Source: the human T2T-CHM13v2.0 reference genome, Homo sapiens. From it: a DNA stretch of 64,000 nucleotides. The stretch spans positions 10,880,001 to 10,944,000 of the forward strand of contig CP086569.2 of NCBI GenBank assembly GCA_009914755.4, given 5' to 3'. Under the pieces are notes generated by a model. The model was not told the origin of the DNA, searched no databases, and saw only the letters and a list, made by a program, of their open reading frames with translations. Positions 1 through 10,790 of the stretch are shown here, piece by piece. Numbering within the stretch: position 1 is the stretch's first letter; each line of letters opens with the position of its first letter. The position numbers and the translations under genes were made by a program.

Positions 1-223
1 AGTGCTCCAAATATTCACTTGTAAATTATAAAAACAGAATTTTTCAAAAATGCTCAGTTAAAAGAATGTTTCAACACTGTGAGATGAATGCACACATCAC
101 AGAAAGTTTCTGGGAATGCTTCTGTGTGGTTTTTATGTGAGGATATTTCCTTTTCCACCATAGACTACCAAGGGCTCCAAATATCCACTTGCAGATTCTA
201 CAAAAAGAGAGTTTCGAAATGCT

Positions 224-1760
224 CTATCAAAAGATAGGTTCAAATATGTGATATGAATGCACACATCACAAAGTAGTTTCTCAGAATGCTTCCGTGTAGT
301 TTTTATGTAAAGATATTTCCTTTTCCACCATAGGCCTCAAAGCACTCCAAATATCCACTTGCAGATTCTACAAAAAGAGATTTTCCAAACTAGTCAATCA
401 AAAGAAAGGTTCAACTCTGTCAGTTGAATGCACATATCACAAACAAGTTTCTCGGAATGCGTCTGTGTAGTTTTTATGTGAAGATATTTCCTTCTCCACA
501 ACAGGCCTCAAAGTGCTCCGAATATCCACTTGCAGATTTTACTAAAGAGTGTTTCCAAACTGCTCAATCAAGAGGAAGTTTCAAGTCTGTGAGCTGAACG
601 CACACATCACAAAGTAGTTTCTGAGAATGCTTCTGTGTAGTTTTTATGTGAAGATGTTTCCTTTTCCACCATAGGCTGCAAAGGGCTCCAAATATCCACT
701 TGCAGATTCTACAAAAAGAGAGTTTCAAAAGTGCTCTATCAAAAGATAGGTTCAACTATGTGATATGAATGCACACATCACAAAGTAGTTTCTCAGAATG
801 CTTCTGTGTAGTTTTTATGTAAAGATATTTCCTTTTCCACCATAGGCCTCAAAGCACTCCAAATATCCACTTGCAGATTCTACAAAAAGAGATGTTCAAA
901 ACTATTTAATCAAAAGAAAGGTTCAAATCTGTCAGTTGAAGGTACATATCACAAACAAGTTTATTGGAATGCTTCTGTGTAGTTTTTATGTGAAGATATT
1001 TCCTTTTCCACAACAGGCCTCAAGGTGCTCCAAATATCCACTTGCAGATTTCACTAAAAGTGTGTTTCCAAACTGCTCAATCAAGAGGAAGTTTCAAGTC
1101 TGTGAGGTGAATGCACACATTACAAAGAAGTTACTGAGAATGCTTCTGTGTAGTTTTTATGTGAAGATATTTCCTTTTCCACCGCAGGCCTCAAAGCGCT
1201 GCAAATATCCACTTGCAGATTCTACAAAAAGAGAGTTTCAAAACTGCTGTATCAAAAGATAGGGTCAACTCTGCGAGTTGAATAAACACATCACAAATAA
1301 GTTTCTGGGAACGCTTCTGTATAGTTTTATGTGAATATATTTCCTTTTCCACCATATGCCTCAAAGCACTCCAAATATCCACTTGCACATTATAGAAACA
1401 TAGTCTTTCAAAACTTGTCAATCAAAGAAAGGTTCAACTCCGTGAGATGAGTGCACACATCACAGAGAAGTTTCTCGGAATGTTTCTGTGTAGTTTTTAT
1501 GTGAAGATATTGCCTTTTCCACAATAGGCCTCAAAGCGTTCCAAATATCCAATTGCAGATTCCACAAAAAAAGTTTTTTAAAACTGCTCAATCAAATGAT
1601 AGATTAAACTCTGTGAGATTAGTGCACACATGTCAAAAAAGTTTCTCAGAATGCTTCTGTGTACTTTTTAGGGGAAGATATTTCCTTTTCCACCATCGGT
1701 CACAAAGGACTCCAAATAACCACATGCAGATTCTAGTAACACAGAGTTTCAAAACTGCTC
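224..1760 (-). repeat. Embedded trimeric (~512-bp, 3-monomer) higher-order periodicity within the alpha satellite; about three successively more diverged copies
   Basis: 'ctatcaaaagataggttcaa.tatgtgatatgaatgcacacatcacaaagtagtttctcagaatgcttc.gtgtagtttttatgtaaagatatttcc...' occurs at 224 and again at 736 (offset 512 = 3 x 170.7). The diagnostic variants 'ccaaactagtcaatcaaaagaaaggttcaactctgtcagttgaat' and 'gttcaaaactatttaatcaaaagaaaggttcaaatctgtcagttgaag' recur in the same phase. A third, more diverged copy (~1248, 'caaaacttgtcaatcaaagaaaggttcaactccgtgag') follows. Confidence 0.55.
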
Positions 1761-3769
1761 TATCAAAAGATAAGTTCAACTCTGAGAGTTTAGTGCAACC
1801 ATCGTGAAGAAGTTTCTCAGAATGCTTCTGAGTAGTGTTTATGTGAAGATATTTCCTTTTCCACCATAGGCCTGAAAGCCCTCCAAATATCCACTTGCAG
1901 ATCCTACAAAAAGAAAGTTTCGAAATGCTCTCTCAAACGATAGTTTCGACTCTGTGGTATGAATACACACATCACAAAGAAGTTTCTCAGAATGCTTCTG
2001 TGTAGTTTTTAAATGAAGATATTTCTTTTTCCACCATAGGCCTCAAAGCACTCCAAATATGCACTTCCAGATTCTACAAAAAGAGTGTTTCAGAACTGCT
2101 CAAACAAAAGGAAGGTTCCAGTCTGAGACAAATACACACATCAAAAGGTAATTTCTCAGAATGCTTCTGTGTAGTTTTTATGTGAAGATATTTTCCTTTC
2201 CACCATAGGCCACAAATGGCTCTAAATACCCACTTACATTTTCCACAGAAAGAGAGTTTCAAAACTGCTCTACCAAAGGTAAGTTTAACGCTGTGAGTTA
2301 AGAACATCACAAAGAAGTTTCTCAGAATGCTTCTGTGTAGTTCTTATGTAAAGATATTTCCTTTTACACAATAGGCAGAAAAGTGCTCCAAATATCCACT
2401 TGAAGATTCTACAAAAACCGTGTTTCAAAACTGCCGAATCAAAAGAAAGTTTCAACTCTGTGAGATGAATGCACACATAACAAAGGAGTTTCTCAGAATG
2501 CTTCTGTGTAGCTTTTATATGAAGATATTTAGTTTTCCACAACAGGCCTCAAAGCTCTCTCCATATCCACTTGCAGATTCTACCGAAAGAGTGCTTCCAA
2601 ACTGCTCAATCAAAAGAGACATTCAAATCTGTGAGGTGAATGCAGACATCGTAAAGAAGTTTCTCAGAATGCTTCTGTGTATTTTTTGTGTGAAGTTATT
2701 CGTTTTTGCACCATAGGCCTCCAAGCGTTCTAAATATCCACTTCTAGATTCTACAAAAAGAGAGTTTCAAAACTACTCAAACAAAAGGTTCAATTCTGTG
2801 AGTTGAAAGCAAACATCACAAAGAAGTTTCTCAGAATGCGTCTGTGTAGTTTTTATGTGAAGATATTTCCTTTTCACAATAGAATGCAAAGGGCTCCAAA
2901 TATCCACTTGGAGATTCTACAAAAAGAGTTTCAAAACCGCTCTGTCAAATGATAGGTTGAACTCCCGGAGGTGAATACACACATCACAAAGAGGTTTCTC
3001 AGCATGCTTCTGTGTAGTTTTTATGTAAACATATTTCCGTTTCTATCATAGGCCTCAAAGTGCTCCAAATATTCACTTGTACATTCTACCAAACGAGTAT
3101 TTCAAAACTGCTCAATCAAATGGAAGGTTCAAAACTGTGACATGAATGCCCACATCACAAAGTAGTTTCTCAGAATGCTTCTGTGTAGTTTTTATGTGAA
3201 GATATTTCCTTTTCCACAATAGGTAACAAAGCGCTCTGAAGTTCCAATTGCACACCCTACAAAAAGAATGTTTCAAAACTGCTCAATCAAATGAAAGGTT
3301 ACACTCTGTGAGATGAATGCACACATCACAAAGAAGTTTCTCAGAATGCTTCTGTGTAGTTTTTAGGGGAACACATTTCCTTTTCCACCATTGGCCACAA
3401 AAGGCTCCAAATAATCACACGCAGAATCTACAAAAAGAGAGTTTCAAAACTGCTGTATGAAAAGATAGGTTCAACTCTACGAGTTGAATGCACACATCAC
3501 AAAGAAGTTTCTTAGAATTTTTTTGTGTAGTTTTTATGTGGAGATGTTTCATTTCCCACCATATGCCTCAAAGCATTCCAAATAACCCCTTGCAGATTCT
3601 ATGAAAAGAGTGTTTCAAAAGTTTTCAGTCAAAAGAAAAGTTCAACTCTGTGAGTTGAATGCCCACATCAGAAAGAGGTTTCTCATAATTCTCCCGTATA
3701 GTTTTTATGTGAAGATATTGCCATTTCCACAACAGACCTGCAAGGGCTCAAAAAATCCACTTGCAGATT

Positions 3770-3786
3770 CTACAAAAAGAGAGTTT
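3770..3786. other. Putative upstream target-site duplication of the Alu insertion
   Basis: Flank 'caaaaagagagttta' directly 5' of the Alu. The unoccupied monomer consensus reads 'ctacaaaaagagagtttcaaaactgctc'. Confidence 0.45.
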
Positions 3787-3787
3787 A

Positions 3788-4096
<309 letters not shown>

Positions 4097-4112
4097 AGAG
4101 AGATTTTAAAAA
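4097..4112. other. Putative downstream target-site duplication of the Alu insertion
   Basis: 'gagagagattttaaaaactgctctatc' follows the poly(A). It repeats the 'aaaagagag(a)ttt' of the upstream flank before the monomer resumes at 'aaaactgctctatcaaaag'. Confidence 0.45.
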
Positions 4113-7100
4113 CTGCTCTATCAAAAGATATGTTCAACTCAGTGAGTTGAATGCACACATGACAAGGAAGTTTCTCAGAGTGCTTCTGTGTAGTTTTTAT
4201 GAGTAGATATTTCCTTTTCCACAATGGGCCTCAAGGGGCTCCAAATATCCATTTACAGATTCTACAAAAAGTGTGTTTGAAAACTGCTCAATCAAAATAA
4301 ACCTTCAACTCTGTGAGATGAATGCACACACCACAAAGAAGTTTCTCAGAATGATACTGTGTAGTTTTTATGTGAAGCTAATTCCTTTTCCACCACAGGC
4401 CACAAAGTGCTCCAAATATCCACTTGCAGCCTCTACAAAGAGAGAGTTTCAAAACTGCTATATCAAAAGATAGGTTCAACTCTGAGATGAATGCAGACAT
4501 CACAAAGAAGTTTCTCAGAATGCCTCTGTGTAGTTTTTATGTGAAGATTTTTCCTTTTGACCATAGGACTCAAAGTGCTCCACATATCCACTTGCAGATT
4601 CTACAGAAAGAGTGTTTCCAAATTGCTCCGTCAAAAGAAAGGTTCAACTCTGTGAGATGAATGCAAACAAAACAACTAAGTTTCTGAGAATGCTTCTGTG
4701 TAGTTTTTATGGGAAGATATTTCCCTTTCCACAATAGGCCTCAAAGCACAGCAAATACTTGCAGAATCTACAAAAGTGTGTTTCAAAACTGCTCAATCAA
4801 ATCAAATATCCAACACTGTGAGATGAATGCACTCTTCAAAAGAAGGTTCCCAGAATGGTTCTGTGTAGTTTTTATGTTCAGATATTTCCTTTTCCATTAT
4901 CAGCCAGAAAGGACTCCAAATACCCACTTGCAGATTCTACAAAAAGAGAGTTTCAAAACTGCTCTATCAAAAGATAGGTTCAACTCTGCGAGTTGAATAC
5001 ACACATCGCAAAGTAGTTTCTCAAAATGCTTCTGTGTAGTTTTCATGTGAAGGTATTTCCTTTTCCACCATAGGCCTCAAAGTGCTCCAAATATCCACTT
5101 TCAGATTCTATAAAAAGAGTGTCAAAACTGCTAAATCAAAAGAAAGTTGAACAATATGAGATGAATGCACACAAAACAAATAAGTTTCTGAGAATACTTC
5201 TGTGTAGTTTTTATGTGAAGATATTTCCTTTTCCACAACAGGCCTCAAAGCACTCAAAATATACACTTGCAGATTCTCCAGAAAGAGTGTTTCAAAATTG
5301 CTCAATCAAATGAAATGTTCAACTCTGTTAGATGAAAGCATGCAACACAAAGATGATTCACAGCATGCTTCTGTGTAGTTTTTAGGGGGAAATTTTTCCC
5401 TTTCCACCATCAGCCTCAAAGTGGTCCAAATAACCACGTGCAGATTCTACAAAAGGGAGTTTCAAAACTGCTCTATCAAAAGAGAGGTTCAACTCTGCGA
5501 GTTGAATGCACACATCACAAAGAAGTTTCTTCTAATGCTTCTGTGTAGTTTTTAAGGGAAGATATTTCCTTTTACACCTTTGACCCCAAAGCGCTCCAAA
5601 TATCCACTTGCAGATTCTATGAATAGAGTGTTTCAAAACTGCTCAATCATAAGAAAGTTTCAACTCTGTGATATGAATGGACACATCCAAAAGAAGTTTC
5701 TTATAATGCTCCTGTGTAGTTTTTACGTGAAGATATTTCCTTTTTCACAATAGACTTCCAAGTGCACCAAATATTCACTTGCAGATTCTACTAAAAGAGT
5801 GTTTCCAAACTACTCAATCAAAAGAAATGTTCAACTCCGTGAGATGAATGCACACATCACAAAGAAGTTTCTCCGAATGCTTCTGTGTAGATTTTGTGGA
5901 AAGATATTTCCTTTTCCACAATAGGAATCAAAGCACAGAAAATATCCACTTGAAGACTCTACAAAAAGAATGTTTCAAAACTGCTCAATCAAAAGAGAGT
6001 TTCAACTCTGTGAGATGAGTGCACACATCAGAAAGAAGTTTCTTAGAATGCTTCTGTGTAATTTTTATGTAAAAATATTTCCTTTTCCACCATGTGCCCC
6101 AAAGGTCTCCAAATATCCACTTGAAGATTCTACAAAAAGTGAGTTTAAAAACTCCTCTATCAAAAGATAGGTTGAACTCTGTGAGATGAATGCACACATC
6201 ACAAAGAAGTTTCTCAGAATGCTTCTGTGTAGTTTTTATGTGAAGATATTTCCTTTTCCATCGTAGGCCTGAAAGAGCTCCAAATATGCACATGTAGATT
6301 CTACAAAAAGAGTGTTTCAAAACTGCTCAATCAAAAGAAAGTTCAACTCTGTGAGGTGAATGCACACATCACAAAGAAGTTTCTCAGAATGCTTCTGTGT
6401 TGTTTTCATGTGAAGATATTTCCTTTCCCACCATAGGCCTCTAAGTGCTTCAAATTTCCACTTCCAGGTTCTATAAAAAGAGAGTTTCCAAATGGCTTAA
6501 TCTAAAGAAAGTTTTAACTCTCTGAGATGAATGCACATATCAGAAATGAGTTTCTTGGAATGCTTCTGTCTAGTTTCTAAGTGAAGATATTTCCTTTATC
6601 TCAGTAGGCCACAAAGCCCTCTAAATATCCTCTTGCAGATTCTACAAATAGTGTGTTTCAAAACTGCTCAATCAAAAGAAATGTTCAAGTCTGAGGGATG
6701 AATGTACACATCACAAAGAAGTTTCTCAGAATACTTCTGTCTAGTTTTTATGTGAAGATATTTCCTTTTCCACTATAGGCGGCAAAGCCCTCCAAATATC
6801 CGCTTGCAGATTCTACAAAAAGAGTGTTTCAAAACTACTCAGTCAAAAGAAAGGTTCAACTCCGTGAGTTGAATGCACACATCACAAATAAGTTGTTCAG
6901 AATGCTTCCGTCTAGATTTTACGTGACGATATTTCCTTTACCGGCAAAGGATGCAATTCGTTCCAAACATCCCCTTACAGATTTTACTAAAAGAGTCTTG
7001 CAAAACTGCTGAATCAAAATAAAGGTTCAACGCTGTAAGATGAATGCACACAACACATTGAAGCTTTTCAGAATGCCTCCATCTGGTTTTTATATGAAGA

Positions 7101-8325
7101 TATTTCCTTTTCCACAATAGACCTCAAAGTGCTCTAAATGTACACTTGCAGGTTCTGCAAAAAGGGTGTTTCAGAACTGTTCAATGAAAGGAAGGTTCAA
7201 CTCCGTGAGACCAATGCACAGATTACGAAGGAGTTTGTCAGAATATTTCTGTGTCCTGTTTGTGTGAAGATATTTCCCTTTCCACCATAGGCATCAAAGT
7301 GCTCCAAATGTCCACTTGCAGATTCTACAAAAACTGTGTTTGCAAGATGCTCAATCGAAAGAAATGTTCAATTCTGAGATGAATGCACACATCACAGAGA
7401 AGTTTCTCAGAATGATTCTTTCTAGTTATTATGTGAAGATATTTCGTTATTCACCATATGCCTCAAAGCAATCTTAATGTCCTCTTGTAGATTCTACAAA
7501 AACTGTGTTTCCAAGCTGTTCAATCAAAAGAAATATTCAATTCTGTGAGACGAATGCACACATCACAAAGAAGTTTCTCAGAATGGTTCTGTCTAGTTAT
7601 TATTTGAGGATATTTCGTTATCCACCAAAGGACTCAAAGAGCTCCAAATGTTCACTTGCAGATTCTACAAAAAGAGTGTTTCAAAACTGTTCAATGGAAA
7701 TTAAGGTTCAACTCTGTGAGATGAATGCACACATCACAAAGAAGTTTGTCAGAATGTTTCTCTCTATAGTTTTTATGTGAAGACACTTCCTTTTCCATCA
7801 TAGGCTTCAAGGCGCTCCAAAAGTCCACATGCAGATTGTACAAAGTGTTTCACGGCTGTTTAATCAAATGAAAGTTTCAACCCTGTGAGATGAATACACA
7901 CATCACAAAGAAAATTATCAGAATGCTTCTGTCTAGTTTTGTGAAGATATTTCCTTTTCCAGAATAGGCCTCAATGTACTCCAAGTGTCCAGTTGCAGAT
8001 ATTAAAAAAAATGGTGTTTCAAAACTGCTCAATCAAAACTAAAGTTCAACTCTGTGAGTTCAATGCATATATCACAAAGAAGTTTGTCAGAATGCTTCTG
8101 TCTAGTTTTTATGTGAAGATAGTTTCTTTTCACCTTATGCCTCAAATCGCTCCATATGTCCACTTGCAGATTCTGCAAAAAGAGTTTTTCCAATCTGTTC
8201 AATAAAAAGAAAGGTTCAACTCTGTGAGAAGAATGAACAAATCACACAGAAGTTTCTCAGAATGCTTCTGTCTAGGTTTTATGTGAATATATTTCCCTTT
8301 CCACCATAGGCGTCAAAGTGCTCCA
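4097..8325 (-). repeat. Alpha satellite, divergent monomeric type, part 2 (about 25 monomers) continuing after the Alu up to the junction with the pentameric satellite
   Basis: Same ~171-bp monomer organisation and motif set as 1-3787. The last recognisable alpha motif '...atttccctttccaccataggcgtcaaagtgctcc' ends at ~8325. Confidence 0.97.
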
Positions 8326-8334
8326 GTCCACTAC
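8318..8334. other. Abrupt alpha-satellite / pentameric-satellite junction (breakpoint inside an alpha monomer)
   Basis: '...caaagtgctccag|tccactacactgcattccatttcgtcccattccattcc...'. The expected 'ctccaaatatccacttgcag' of the monomer is replaced from ~8326 by (CATTC/CACTC)n with no transition zone. Confidence 0.8.
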
Positions 8335-8450
8335 ACTGCATTCCATTTCGTCCCATTCCATTCCACTCCAATCCACTCCACTCCAATGCACTCCATTCCA
8401 TTCCATTCCTTTCGATTCCACTCTATTCCAATCCAGGGTATTCCATACAA

Positions 8451-8527
8451 TTTTTTGAAAGGATCTCATTCTGTCTCCCAGGTTGGAGTGCAGTGGCACA
8501 GTGTCAGCTCACATTTCATTTCAACAT
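8451..8527 (-). repeat. Alu-derived spacer segment (antisense Alu 3' end: poly-T remnant + 'GAGACGGAGTCTCGCTCTGTCGCCCAGGCTGGAGTGCAGTGGCGCGATCTCGGCTCAC' homolog); first copy in the array
   Basis: 'ttttttgaaaggatctcattctgtctcccaggttggagtgcagtggcacagtgtcagctcacatttcatttcaacattcc'. Confidence 0.85.
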
Positions 8528-8743
8528 TCCATTCCATTCCGTGGCATTCCATTCCATTCTATTCCATTCCACTCCACACCACTCCACTCCACTCCATTCC
8601 ATTCCATCCCATTCCACTCCACTACATTCCACTCGACTCCACTCCACTCCACTCGACTCCACTCCACTCCACTCGACTCCACTCCAATATACTCAGTTTC
8701 AATTCCATTCCATTCCATTCAACTCCATTGCATAACACTCCTT

Positions 8744-8817
8744 TATTTTGACAGGATCTCACCCTGTCAAAAAGTCTGGACTGCAGTGTCACAATCTCAG
8801 CTCACATTTCATTTCAC
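8744..8817 (-). repeat. Alu-derived spacer segment (antisense Alu 3' end)
   Basis: 'ttattttgacaggatctcaccctgtcaaaaagtctggactgcagtgtcacaatctcagctcacatttcatttcaccattcc'. Confidence 0.85.
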
Positions 8818-8927
8818 CATTCCATTCCATTCGATTCCATTCCTTTCAACTCCATTCCATTCCACTTCACTCCACTCCACTCCATTCTACCCCAATCCCT
8901 TCCATTACACTAACTTCCATTCCATTC

Positions 8928-9006
8928 CTTTCTTCTGACAGGATGTCACTCTGTCATCCAGGCGGGAGTGCACTGGAACAATCTTAGCTGATATTTCACT
9001 TCACCT
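8928..9006 (-). repeat. Alu-derived spacer segment (antisense Alu 3' end), diverged copy
   Basis: 'ttcttctgacaggatgtcactctgtcatccaggcgggagtgcactggaacaatcttagctgatatttcacttcacc'. Confidence 0.8.
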
Positions 9007-9022
9007 TTCCAATGCCTTGCCT

Positions 9023-9075
9023 TCCATTCCATTCCATTCCATTCCATTCCATTCCATTCCATTCCATTCCATTCC
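9023..9075 (-). repeat. Near-perfect (CATTC)n tract, i.e. (GGAAT)n on the minus strand
   Basis: 'ttccattccattccattccattccattccattccattccattccattcc' uninterrupted. Confidence 0.95.
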
Positions 9076-9533
9076 GTAACATTCCACTCCACTGCACCCA
9101 ACTCCAATCCACTCCACTTCAGTCCACTCCACTTCAATCCACTCAAATCCATTCCCTTCAATTCCACTCCATTTCATTCCACTCCATTACCCGCCACTCC
9201 ACTCCAGTCCACTCCACTCCATCCCATTCCATCCCACTCCATTCCACTCCATTCCACTCCACTCCACTCCATTCCATTCCAATCCATCCCACCCATTCCA
9301 CTCCATTCCACTCCACTCCACATCATTCTAGTCCACTCCACTCCACTCCATTTCGTTGAATCTCATTCCATTCCACTCCATTCCACTTCACTCCACTCCA
9401 CACCACTCCACTCTACTCCACTCCATTCCATCCCATTCCATTCCACAGCATTCCACTCCACTCCACTCCAGTAAACTCCACTCGACTCCATTGCATTCTA
9501 TTCCATTTCAATCGATTCCACTCCACTCCATCC

Positions 9534-9612
9534 CTTTCTTTCGACAGGATCTCACTCTGCTCCACATTCTACAATGCAGTGGCACAACCTCAGCTCACAT
9601 TTAATTTCACCA
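9534..9612 (-). repeat. Alu-derived spacer segment (antisense Alu 3' end)
   Basis: 'ctttctttcgacaggatctcactctgctccacattctacaatgcagtggcacaacctcagctcacatttaatttcaccattcc'. Confidence 0.8.
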
Positions 9613-10107
9613 TTCCATTCCATTCCATTCCATTCCATTCCATTCCACTCCACTCAACTCCAATCCATTCCACTCCAGTACATTCCATTAATACCAGTCC
9701 ACTCTACTACACTCCATTCCATCCCATTCCAATTCACTCCATTCCATTCTCCTCCACTCCACTCCAATCCACTCTACTCCACTACACTCTATTTCACTGC
9801 ACTCCATTCTATTCTACTCCATTGCATTCCATTCAATTCCACTCCATTCCACTCCACTGCCCTCCATTCCATCCCATTTCATTCCATTCCATTCCACTAC
9901 ATGCACTCCACTAGGCTCCACTCCATTTCATTGTATTCCATCCCATTCCTTTCCACTCGACTCCACTCCACTCCACTCCACGCCACTCCACTCCACTCCA
10001 TTCCATTCCATTCTATTCCATTCCATCCCATTCCTCTCCATTCCATTCCACTCCACTCAACTCCATTCAATTCCTTTCCATTCCACTCCACTTCATTGTA
10101 TTCCATT

Positions 10108-10186
10108 CCTTTCTTTAAATAGGATCTCACTCTGTTACACAGGCTGGAGGGCAGTGCCACAATCTAGATCACATTTCATTTCACCA
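10108..10186 (-). repeat. Alu-derived spacer segment (antisense Alu 3' end)
   Basis: 'cctttctttaaataggatctcactctgttacacaggctggagggcagtgccacaatctagatcacatttcatttcaccattcc'. Confidence 0.8.
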
Positions 10187-10384
10187 TTCCTTTCTATTCC
10201 ATTATATTCCACTCCATTCCACTCCTCTCTATTCAATCCCATTCCATTCCACTCCAATCCAATCCACTACACTACACTCCGTTCCTTTCCATTACATCAT
10301 ATTCCACTCCACTTCATTCCACGCCAATCGACTCCACTCCATTCCATTCCATTTCATTCCAATACACTCCATTACATTATATCC

Positions 10385-10461
10385 CTTTCTTTTGACAGAA
10401 TCTCACGCTGTCACCCAGGCCGGAATGCAGTGACACAATCTCAGCTCACATTTCATTTCAC
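10385..10461 (-). repeat. Alu-derived spacer segment (antisense Alu 3' end)
   Basis: 'ctttcttttgacagaatctcacgctgtcacccaggccggaatgcagtgacacaatctcagctcacatttcatttcacaattcc'. Confidence 0.85.
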
Positions 10462-10720
10462 AATTCCATTCCATTGCGTTCTGTTCTGTACTGTTCTGCT
10501 GCATTCCACTCCACTCAATTCCACTCAACTAAACTCCAATCCACTCCCCTCAACTCCACTGCCATACACTCCACTTCAATACACTCCATCTCAATCCTTT
10601 CCACTCCATCCACTCCACTGCACTCCACTCCACTACATTCCATTTTATTCCATCCCATTCCATTCCACTCCTTTCAAAACCATTCCACTTCACTCCATTC
10701 CATTCCATTCCAACCCTTTT

Positions 10721-10790
10721 CATTCCATTCCATTCCATTCCATTCCATTCCATTCCATTCCATTCCATTCCATTCCATTCCATTTCATTT
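10721..10790 (-). repeat. Near-perfect (CATTC)n tract
   Basis: About 13 consecutive 'cattc' units. Confidence 0.95.

Larger units (their letters stand above)
1..3787 (-). repeat. Alpha satellite, divergent monomeric (pJalpha-type) ~171-bp monomers, part 1 (about 22 monomers, upstream of the Alu insertion); orientation is reverse-complement relative to the Waye/Willard consensus
   Basis: Regular ~171-bp periodicity. Each monomer reads 'tgagatgaatgcacacatcacaaagaagtttctcagaatgcttctgtgtagtttttatgtgaagatatttccttttccaccataggcctcaaagcgctccaaatatccacttgcagattctacaaaaagagtgtttcaaaactgctcaatcaaaagaaaggttcaactctg' with variation, which is the reverse complement of 'CATTCTCAGAAACTTCTTTGTGATGTGTGCATTCA...'. 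Monomers differ ~10-25%. 'ttccttttccaccatag' (pJalpha-like) sits at the CENP-B-box position in most monomers. Confidence 0.97.

Noticed and set aside
936-1262. Short ORFs (60-120 aa) throughout 1-8300, e.g. 'MKVHITNKFIGMLLCSFYVKIFPFPQQAS...'
   Set aside because: They repeat with the 171-bp alpha-satellite period and frame-shift between monomers. These are alpha-satellite translation artefacts.
3020-3050. Possible CENP-B box in the monomer containing 'atatttccgtttctatcatagg'
   Set aside because: Only a partial resemblance to the reverse-complemented box (nCCCGnnTnnnnCGAAn). The essential CGAA and CCCG cores are absent.
8451-8527. Treating each ~70-bp Alu-like segment as an independent Alu insertion (~165 mobile-element calls)
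   Set aside because: All copies share the same truncation point, orientation and flanking 'atttcatttcacc' junction, and they follow the HOR periodicity. This indicates amplification as part of the satellite unit rather than independent retrotransposition.
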